Assembly: GCA_963832395.1 (NCBI GenBank)
Contig: CAWHTV010000004.1
Location: 200,999-264,998, forward strand
Direction of reading: 5' to 3'
Origin: an uncultured delta proteobacterium
GTDB lineage: Bacteria > Desulfobacterota > Binatia > Binatales > Binataceae
Length of the DNA stretch: 64,000 nucleotides
In this document: positions 9,034 through 17,151 of the stretch, piece by piece
How the letters are laid out: the number at the start of each line of letters is the position of its first letter
Numbering within the stretch: position 1 is the stretch's first letter
Position numbers and translations under genes: made by a program
The notes under the pieces: generated by a model
Told to the model about the DNA's origin: nothing
Databases searched by the model: none
The model's input: the letters and a program-made list of their open reading frames with translations, nothing else

Positions 9034-12000
9034 TTGACGATGCGGTGTTCGAAATGCGGGACCAACAATCCGTCCGCCAACAACTTCTGCGCGAAGTGCG
9101 GGAATGCGCTCATCAAACCCTGCGCAAAATGCAAAACAGAAAACCCTCCGACATCCGACTTCTGTGGCAAGTGCGGCACTTCACTCACAAATGATGCGGG
9201 CGCCGCAGCCGTAACTTCGTCGTCGCCAGAATTGGCCTCCGGCGTGCGCCTCGCGCCCGGGCAAACCTCCGCTGACGCCGGGGCGCTCGACGGCGAGCGC
9301 AAGACAGTCACCGCGCTGTTTGCCGACATCAAGGGGTCAACGGAGCTGATGGAGGACCTCGACCCCGAGGAGGCCCGTGCGATTATCGATCCAGCGCTCG
9401 AGCTGATGATCGAAGCGGTTCATCGCTACGACGGTTACGTCGTGCAGTCGACCGGCGACGGGATTTTCGCGCTGTTCGGGGCGCCGGTGGCGCATGAGGA
9501 CCATCCGCAGCGGGCGCTCTTCGCAGCGTTGCGCATGCAGGAAGACCTGAAACAGTATTCGGTAAAAGTTGTCGCCGACGGAAGCACACCTATCCAGGGT
9601 CGCGTCGGTATCAACACTGGCGAAGTGGTGGTCCGTTCGATCCAGACCGGCGCGGGTAACGTGGAGTACACTCCGATTGGGCACACCACCAACCTGGCCT
9701 CGCGGATGCAGACGGCAGCCCCGGTCGGCTCAATCGCGGTTGCCGAAGCCACCCGCAGGCTTTGCGAAGGCTACTTTATCCTCAAGCCGCTCGGCGCGAC
9801 CAAAGTCAAAGGCGTCACCGAGCCGGTCAACATCTACGAAGTGACGGGACTGGGGCCACTGCGCACGCGGTTGCAGCGCTCGGCGGGGCGGGGGCTGTCG
9901 CGATTCGTCGGTCGTGACCGCGAGATCGAGGAAATGAAGCGTGCGCTTGAGCGCACCACGGGCACGCGCGGGCAGATGGTAGCGGCGATAGGAGAGGCGG
10001 GGCTGGGCAAATCCCGTTTGTTCTATGAGTTCAAAGTGATCGCGGGCAGGCTGGATGCCTGCTGCTGGAGACGTTCTCGATCTCTCATGGCAAGGCCTCT
10101 GCATATCTGCCGTTGATCGACCTGCTCAGGAATTATTTCGAGATCACGGCGGAGGATGACGAGCGTAAGCGGCGCGAGAAGATCACCGGCAAAGTGCTCG
10201 CGCTGGATCGTACCCTGGAAGACACGCTGATCTTACCTGTTCTCGCTCCTCGGCGTGAGTCGAACGCGATCGATCCGCTCGCCCAGATGGATCCGCAGAT
10301 CAGGCAGCGACGGACACTGGAAGCGGTCAAGCGGCATGCTACTGCGCGAGAGTTTCAACCAGCCATTGATCGTTATCTTCGAGGATCTGCACTGGATCGA
10401 TGCGGGAACTCAGGCTTTTCTGAACCTGCTGGTCGATGCGCTGGCTACCGCCCGCATCCTGCTGCTGGTCAACTATCGGCCCGAGTATCGCCACGAATGG
10501 GGGAACAAGACCTACTACACGCAGTTGCGGCTCGATCCGCTGGGCAAGGAGAGCGCCGGGAAGCTGCTGACCGCGCTTTTGGGCGACGGCGCCGAGCTTG
10601 GACCGCTCAAGCGGCTGATTATCGGGAAGACCGAGGGTAACCCGTTCTTCATGGAGGAGACGGTACAGGTTCTCCTCGACGAGGGAGCGTTGGTCCGCAA
10701 CGGAACTGTCAAACTCACCAAATCACTCGCCGAGCTGAAGATTCCGCCCACGGTGCAGGGCATACTGGCCGGGCGCATCGACCGGCTGCCGGCGGATGAG
10801 AAGGACCTGCTTCAGGCCTTGGCGGTTATGGGCAAGGAGTTCCGGCTCGGTCTGGTAAAGCAGGTGGTCGGCAAGCCGGACGCTGAGCTGCAGCGGATGC
10901 TGTCGGACCTTCAGCTCGGCGAGTTCATCTACGAGCAGCCCGCTTTTCCGGATGTCGAGTACACCTTCAAGCATGCACTGACGCAGGAAGTCGCCTATAA
11001 CTCGGTGCTTGTCGAACGTCGCCGCCTTCTGCATCGGCGCACCGGTGCCGCAATCGAGTTGTTGTATCGGAACCAGCTGGAAGACCACTACCCCGACCTT
11101 GCTCGCCACTACCGCCATAGCGACGATGTTGCCAAGGCGGTTGAGTACCTGCGTCTGGCGGCGGAGCAGGCGGTCGAGCGATCGGCATACTCGGAGGCGG
11201 CGGCCGACCTGAGGGCCGCCATTGCCCTTGTCGGCGGACTTCCCGAAGGACCGGACCGCCTGAGGGTCGAGCTTGCGCTGCATACCACTGAGGGTTCGGT
11301 TGCCACGGTGTTACACGGAATCGGTTCGCAGGAGCGCGAGCGCGCCCTGGAGCGGGTATGCGAGATCAGTGAGCGGCTCAAGGACACGACTTCATTGCTT
11401 CGCGGATCGATCTTTCTTTCGCTGCTTTATATCGCACGGGGAGAGCCTGTGCACGCCCGGGAAATATGCAGCCGGCACCTCGAGTTGGCCGAGCAGTCTG
11501 GCGTGGCGGAAATACTTGGACCCGCACACTGGATTATCGAACTCAGCACGCTTTTCAGCGGCGATCTGAACGAGGCGCGCAGGCTGTCGCGCGAATGGAG
11601 GGAGCGTTTTGAGGCCGCACCTCAAGCGGCATTCCCTATCAATCTGCCGGCGGAAGTTCCGGGACATGGCGCATTGACTGTTCATCTTCTGGGTGGAATT
11701 TCAGAGGCTCTAAAGCTCAGCCAGGAATCGCTGGAACGCGCGCGCATACTCAAACAGCCCTTCACTCTCGGCATGGTGTTGCTTACTGTTGGCTGGCTAT
11801 ATCAGGTGCGGCGTGAGCCGGAGGCCGTGCGCGAAATCGCCGAAGCGACGATGGCAATCGGCGAGGAACACGGGTTCCCCGAATGGCTGGAGTGGGGCCG
11901 ATGGCTTCACGGCTGGGCACTAGCCGAGCTCGGAGACATGGAGCGGGGTGTTGCCGAGATGGAAGCAGGGATCGCCGGGTTTGCTCCCATGGGCGGCGTA

Positions 12001-12414
12001 CCCAGGCAGGCGTTTACGGCCGCGATGCTGGCGAAGGGTTACGAGAAGCTCGGGCGAATCGACCAGGCGATCGCGATGCTCGACGATCAGCGAGTGCGAA
12101 TCGAGCGCTCCGGTGAACGACTGGACGAGGCCGAGCTTTATCGAGTGAGGGGCGAACTGCTCTACGCGCGTGACGGCGCGGGCAGCAGCGAGGGTGAGTC
12201 GTGCCTGCGCAAAGCGATCGAAATCTCGCGGCGGCAGGAATCTCGATGGTGGGAATTGCGCGCGACCACGAGCCTGGCGCGGATGCTGATCGAACAGGGC
12301 CGCTCCGACGAAGCGCGCACGATGCTCGCCGAGATCTACGGCTGGTTCAAAGAGGGTTTCGACACCGCCGACCTGAAGGGCGCAAAAACGCTGCTCGAAC
12401 AGCTAAACGCATAG
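9034..12414 (+). CDS. Double zinc-ribbon / class III adenylate-guanylate cyclase / AAA ATPase / TPR-like multidomain signalling protein (about 4 frame breaks between 10050 and 10335)
   Basis: CSKCG..CAKCG..CAKCK..CGKCG, cyclase motifs ALFADIKGSTEL and STGDGIFALFG, P-loop GEAGLGKSRL, then LIVIFEDLHWID and a long helical-repeat tail. Pieces are ORFs 9034..10116, 10113..10640 and 10255..12414. Confidence 0.8.
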
Positions 12415-12420
12415 CTCCAC

Positions 12421-13734
12421 ATGGGCGAGATTCCAGCTCTTGACCTGACGCCGGAACGCGCAGCGGGACCGGAGCCGGCGATCCCGACCAGTGCCGTGGT
12501 CGCCACGGTGCTGGGCAACGCGCTGGAGTTTTACGATTTCACCACCTATGCCTTCTTTGCGGTGATGATCGGGCACGCGTTCTTTCCAGCCCAGGATCCA
12601 TTCATCAGCCTACTGCTGTCCGTTGCCGCGTTCGGTGTCGGCTTCATCACCCGTCCCCTGGGAGGCATCGTGATCGGCGCCTACGCCGACCGCGCCGGAC
12701 GAAGGCCCGCGATGATGCTGAGCATCGGATTGATGGCGGTGGGCATGGTGGTGCTGGCGGCGACACCGTCCTACGCCACCATCGGGCTCGCGGCGCCGAT
12801 TCTGGTGATCCTGGCGCGTTTGATCCAAGGCTTCGCGCTGGGCGGCGAGGTCGGACCGTCCACTTCTTATCTGCTGGAAGCGGCGCCTGCGGGAAAACGC
12901 GGGCAATACGGAGCCTGGCAGATAGCCAGCCAGGGCGCGGCCTCGGCGCTCGCGGGATCGCTTGGAGTGCTGTTGTCGTGGTTGCTCGACGCCAACGACA
13001 TGCAATCCTGGGGCTGGCGCATCCCCTTCATCGTCGGCGTCGCCATCGTGCCGGTGGGGCTGATCATGCGCGGCCAGTTGCAGGAGACCGTGGACCTCCG
13101 AGCGAGGACCACCCATTCGAGCGCGAGCCACGTGCTCTCCGCCCTGCTCCAGCATCACCTCCGCCCGCTGGTGCTGGCCCTGATGCTCATCACGAGCGGT
13201 ACGATCGCCACCTATATCGGCGTCTACATGACGACCTACGCGCTCAGCACGCTGCACATGGCAACCGGCGCGTCGATGGGAGCCACGGTCGTGGTGGGTC
13301 TGTGCCTGCTGGTGTTCGGTTTGATCGGTGGATGGCTCTCTGACCGTGTCGGACGCAAACCGGTCTACCTCGTATCGAAACTGGCGCTGACCGCGGTGGC
13401 CTATCCGGCCTTCGTGGTGATCAACCGGCATCACACTCTTACCGCGCTGCTGCTGATGGCGGGACTGATGTCCGCGCTGAACGCGCTTGGCGGCGTCGTG
13501 CTGGTGGTGATTCCTGAGCTCTTTCCGAAATCCGTGCGCAGCGCCGGCCTGTCGACTGTCTATGCGATCGCGGTCACCGTGTTCGGCGGCACCACGCAGG
13601 TCGTGGTGGCCTGGTTGATCCACGCTACGGGCGATCCCCTCTCGCCCGCCTGGTACCTGATAGGGACCAGCGCGATCGGTGTCGTGGCGATTTTGATGAT
13701 CGCGGAAACGAAGGACGCCACGCTGGCGGACTGA
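12421..13734 (+). CDS. MFS transporter (metabolite:H+ symporter-like)
   Basis: Intact 437 aa. LGNALEFYDFTTYAFFA N-terminal signature and GAYADRAGRRP loop; about 12 hydrophobic segments. Confidence 0.8.
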   Translation: MGEIPALDLTPERAAGPEPAIPTSAVVATVLGNALEFYDFTTYAFFAVMIGHAFFPAQDPFISLLLSVAAFGVGFITRPLGGIVIGAYADRAGRRPAMMLSIGLMAVGMVVLAATPSYATIGLAAPILVILARLIQGFALGGEVGPSTSYLLEAAPAGKRGQYGAWQIASQGAASALAGSLGVLLSWLLDANDMQSWGWRIPFIVGVAIVPVGLIMRGQLQETVDLRARTTHSSASHVLSALLQHHLRPLVLALMLITSGTIATYIGVYMTTYALSTLHMATGASMGATVVVGLCLLVFGLIGGWLSDRVGRKPVYLVSKLALTAVAYPAFVVINRHHTLTALLLMAGLMSALNALGGVVLVVIPELFPKSVRSAGLSTVYAIAVTVFGGTTQVVVAWLIHATGDPLSPAWYLIGTSAIGVVAILMIAETKDATLAD

Positions 13735-13819
13735 GCGTTCGCCGCTCGCTTCATTGGCCGTTGCGCAGGGGCTCTGCTACGCTCCGCCAGACAATTTGAT
13801 CTGAGGAGGGCCGGGTCCC

Positions 13820-14257
13820 ATGCCGCAGATGATGAATGACGCCGCTTTCAGGGCATACGCGATCGCCTGCTCGATCCTGGTCTTCAAAATGTTGGCCGCC
13901 GGGATCCTCACTGCGTCGACGCGCTCGCGGGTCAAGCAGTTTCTCAATCCGGAGGACGCCGGACTGTTAGGCGGCGCCGGCGTCATGCAGGAGCATCCCG
14001 ACGTGGAGCGGATGCTCCGGCTGCATCGCAACGACCTCGAGAACATCCTGCCCTTCTTCACGGTGGGGCTGATCTTCGTGTTGATGGGCGTCTCGGCTTT
14101 CGGCGCCCAGGTGTATTTCTACACTTTCACCGGTGCGCGAATCGCCCACACCATCACTTACGTAGCGAAGCTGCAGCCGTGGAGAACCGTGGCCTACGTG
14201 GTCGGAGTCGTCTGCATGGTCGGGATGCTGGTGCAGATTCTAATGGCCGCCCTCTGA
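13820..14257 (+). CDS. MAPEG family membrane protein (microsomal glutathione S-transferase-like)
   Basis: 145 aa with four hydrophobic helices; RAHRNDLENI-like motif (LRLHRNDLENILPF). Confidence 0.65.
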   Translation: MPQMMNDAAFRAYAIACSILVFKMLAAGILTASTRSRVKQFLNPEDAGLLGGAGVMQEHPDVERMLRLHRNDLENILPFFTVGLIFVLMGVSAFGAQVYFYTFTGARIAHTITYVAKLQPWRTVAYVVGVVCMVGMLVQILMAAL

Positions 14258-14438
14258 ATCATTGCGAGCGGGAAGCCCGGTTTTCGGACCGCCTAACGGC
14301 TTTGCCGTTCAGGTTAGGGCCGAAGGCAGTGCCCGGCTCGAAAACCCGCTGTAACCCCGAAAGCGGGCGGAGCAGGGTGGTCTGATCGGCTCCCGCAGGG
14401 GGGCGTCGCGCTCGACGCAGGACAAGCACAAACGCTCG

Positions 14439-14466
14439 TTGACAATACTTGTCCATGTTTTACAAT
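14439..14466 (+). promoter_or_regulatory. Sigma70-type promoter of the RHH-PIN operon
   Basis: TTGACA (14439-14444), 16-nt spacer, TACAAT (14461-14466). GACAA/TTGTC half-sites at 14421, 14441 and 14449 overlap it. Confidence 0.6.
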
Positions 14467-14722
14467 GACGACTATGCGTACCGCCAAGACCATATCCATC
14501 ACTCTGCCGCCCGACCTGCTGGTGAAGGCGCAGGAGCTAGCCGAGCGCGAGCACCGCACCATGAGTGAATTATTCCGCGAGGCGCTGCGCTGCTACATGC
14601 AAACCGATGCGGGATGGAAGACTCTGTTGTTGCGCACACGGACCACCGGCCAAGCCCTCGGGATTAAGAGCGAGGCGGATGTAGAGCGCCGGTCCGATGA
14701 ATATCGCCATGACAAGCGATGA
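14465..14722 (+). CDS. Ribbon-helix-helix (CopG-type) antitoxin
   Basis: KTISITLPPDLLVKAQELAEREHRTMSELFREALR gives the RHH beta-strand plus two helices. Stop overlaps the PIN start (ATGA 14719-14722). The true start may be ATG 14474, because ATG 14465 lies inside the -10 box. Confidence 0.8.
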   Translation: MTTMRTAKTISITLPPDLLVKAQELAEREHRTMSELFREALRCYMQTDAGWKTLLLRTRTTGQALGIKSEADVERRSDEYRHDKR

Positions 14723-15129
14723 CCAGGGTGGTGGCCGACACCAACATTTACGTATCGGCCATGATGTTCGCCGGGCTGCCTGGTTCCTTGCTTGACCTTG
14801 GATTGCTGCAGGCTTTCACGCTGGTTATCTCACCGCCGCTGCTGGATGAACTCGAAGACAAGTTGCGAGTCAAATTCGGCGTAACGGCCGAAGATGCCGC
14901 GACCATCCGCGCCAAGCTGGAAGGGGTAGCTGATGTGGTCGCCCCGGATTTCGTTCTCCACGTGGTCAAGGACGACCCTGATGATAACCGCGTGCTCGAA
15001 TGCGCGGTGGCTGGCAAGGCCGACTACATCGTCAGTGGCGATCGCCATTTGCTGAAACTCAAGGCGCATGCCGGCATACCGATTCTAACGGCCCGGCAAT
15101 TTCTCGATGCGGTTGCTCCGCCCAGTTGA
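14719..15129 (+). CDS. PIN-domain toxin (type II TA)
   Basis: 136 aa. VVADTNIYVS, LDELEDKL, DDNRVLECA and SGDRHLL supply the conserved acidic PIN residues. Translationally coupled to the RHH gene. Confidence 0.8.
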   Translation: MTRVVADTNIYVSAMMFAGLPGSLLDLGLLQAFTLVISPPLLDELEDKLRVKFGVTAEDAATIRAKLEGVADVVAPDFVLHVVKDDPDDNRVLECAVAGKADYIVSGDRHLLKLKAHAGIPILTARQFLDAVAPPS

Positions 15130-15608
15130 CCGCCGAGAACGCGGGGTAGCAGCGCGATCACCTACGGGACAGGAAATCGTTAGTTTATCGACAGAAGGGC
15201 TTCGGCGATCCAAGAAGACGACCTGCTGCGAGCGACTAAAATCGACGCGGCACGGTCAGGCAAGCGCGACTATCAGGTAGTCGAGAAACGCTGCGCGCTT
15301 ATCTTGGCCTCAATCTCCTGGAACGTGTCCGTGCACGCTCCGGCCCAAAAAAAACAGGTGCTGGCTCTTCACCGAGTCGCCAGCCTGAATCTTATCGGTG
15401 AAAAAAACAGGGGGGGCGCTTGGATGTGGATAACGCGCCGTGGATATCGTTGACATGGAATCGTCTGAAGGGTTCGATCGATATTGAATTATTTTCAGGA
15501 CGGTGAACGCCCGACGATACGCAACTATCGCTGAATATCGAAGCAGTCGCTTACTGGAACCGCGTTGCGTTCGAAATCCCCGACACCATCGGATACGACG
15601 ACTACCGG

Positions 15609-16991
15609 ATGTTCTCCCGGGGCATTGCGGAAGATCTGACCGCCCGTGCGCCGGATCGTCTGCCCGGCGCGCTGACCATCTTCCAGTATCCGAATTTCAA
15701 ACCCGACAATCCCGACAACTTGCGGCCAATGGCCGTCGTGAGCGTGCCCGACCTCGCGCTGTTAAGGGCCGATGCCGGATTGATCATCAAAATCACCGAT
15801 CCGCTGCTTTCCGATAACGTCTGCTCATACCGCCTGAACTCGTCCCTCATCCCTGGCGCGGCGTGGGGCTTTGACCGCCGAGGTTCCTGGAAGAAGCGGT
15901 TCCTCGCGGGCGGGATGCAGATCCTCGATGAAGCCGAATTCCCGTTCATGTGCAGGACGGACATCCGCAAGTATTATCCCTCGATCCAGCTTGATCTCCT
16001 GCAGGAAGCGCTGCTGATGAACGGCTGCGATCCCCAGGCTGTGGGTCGCATTTTTGCGGTTTTGAAATTCTGGCAGCAGTGCTACGGCCTCGGCGGATTG
16101 CCGATAGGCCCGGAGGCCTGCGCCGTTCTCAGCAACTTCTTCCTGCGCCCAATCGATGAGCTGATGGACGTGGCCGGCGCGCAGTACAAAAGGTACGGCG
16201 ACGATATGCTGATATTCAGCCGAGACCGACCCATGGGCGAGGCTGTCGCCGAATTCCTGGACGATGAATTGCGCCAACTGCAACTCACAAGGTCCGTAGA
16301 AAAAACAGAGTTCTTCGACGACCCCGCGGCCGCCAGGTCCAACCTGCAAGACCACGAGATCAATTACATGGAGGACGCCGCGGACTTCGACCAGGGCATC
16401 GCCTTATACACCGTCAAGCGCGGCTTCCACCGCCTGCTCTATACGGCTCCCCAGGACATCAAGCCGTCACGCTTCCGGTGGGTGCTGGGGTTCCTCAAGA
16501 GGCGTCGTGACCCCGATGGCTGCTTTGATCTCTCCCGGCGCGCGGACCTGATGAACGTCGACCCGAAGGCCGCGACGAATTATCTGGCCGTCGGCAGCCG
16601 GGATCAGCGCGTTCTGATCAATTGCATGCAGCGCTTGGCGCAGCCGCGGGAAGAGAGGTTCGACGGTCTCAACCTCCACCAGCTGCGCCTGATGGCGCAG
16701 ACGAAGACAGGTAAGGACGAAGCCAAGGAGTTCGAACGAATCGTCTCCGATAAATCCACGCCGTGGCCCACGCGGAGCTGGGCATGGGCGGCCTTTGCGC
16801 ACGCCGATGGAACCAAACCATCCCGTCTCATGGAAGCTGCCCGACACGAGGCCAACCAGAATATTCGCAGGGCGATCGTCGCCACCTTGAAGCGCCATTC
16901 CGATTCGTCGCAATGCCAAACTTTTCTGCGCGATGAAGCCGAACGCTCCCCCACGAACAAATACACCGTCGAGTGGGTAAAAGCCGCGTAG
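15609..16991 (+). CDS. Reverse transcriptase, stand-alone Abi/UG (defence-associated) type with C-terminal helical-repeat domain
   Basis: RT motifs LRPMAVVSVPDLALLRA, CRTDIRKYYPSI, GLPIGPEACAVLSNFFL, YKRYGDDMLIF (YGDD at 16194-16205) and LQLTRSVEKTEFF. About 210 aa of non-polymerase helical tail follow. The N-terminus may extend upstream (see findings). Confidence 0.85.
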   Translation: MFSRGIAEDLTARAPDRLPGALTIFQYPNFKPDNPDNLRPMAVVSVPDLALLRADAGLIIKITDPLLSDNVCSYRLNSSLIPGAAWGFDRRGSWKKRFLAGGMQILDEAEFPFMCRTDIRKYYPSIQLDLLQEALLMNGCDPQAVGRIFAVLKFWQQCYGLGGLPIGPEACAVLSNFFLRPIDELMDVAGAQYKRYGDDMLIFSRDRPMGEAVAEFLDDELRQLQLTRSVEKTEFFDDPAAARSNLQDHEINYMEDAADFDQGIALYTVKRGFHRLLYTAPQDIKPSRFRWVLGFLKRRRDPDGCFDLSRRADLMNVDPKAATNYLAVGSRDQRVLINCMQRLAQPREERFDGLNLHQLRLMAQTKTGKDEAKEFERIVSDKSTPWPTRSWAWAAFAHADGTKPSRLMEAARHEANQNIRRAIVATLKRHSDSSQCQTFLRDEAERSPTNKYTVEWVKAA

Positions 16992-17151
16992 CTCTGATGG
17001 CGGAAATCCGGGTTCAATAGTCAAGCCGAGTGACCCGACTCCCGGCGATCCCAGGCACGCCCGGTCCGACCAATGAACCATGGCACCCGTTGCGGCCTCT
17101 GGTGACGGGGCGCGGCCAGTCGTGATAATCTTCAATCACACGAGGTTGATC

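Noticed and set aside
15310-15456. 48-codon minus-strand ORF (MSTISTARYPHPSAPPVFFTDKIQAGDSVKSQHLFF...) inside the PIN-RT spacer
   Set aside because: No ribosome-binding site and no recognisable family. It overlaps the longer plus-strand open frame and crosses the homopolymer tracts. There is not enough support to call it a gene.
15504-15506. In-frame TGA upstream of the RT as a selenocysteine or programmed read-through codon
   Set aside because: No SECIS-like hairpin immediately downstream, and the window is full of apparent base and indel errors. A nonsense or base-call error, or simply non-coding DNA, is more parsimonious.
15609-16991. RT as a retron, group II intron or diversity-generating retroelement
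   Set aside because: No VTG-type motif after YxDD and no flanking msr/msd-like inverted repeats. No maturase or endonuclease domains and no intron RNA domains noticed. No template/variable repeat pair or target gene nearby. This rests on reading the sequence only and needs profile confirmation.
17080-17151. N-terminal extension of coxL copy 2 given by the ORF track (start 17080)
   Set aside because: Copy 1 and the family start at the MA..T..G..FRVIGTRP position. ATG 17152 has a GAGG upstream, and the extension has no counterpart in copy 1.
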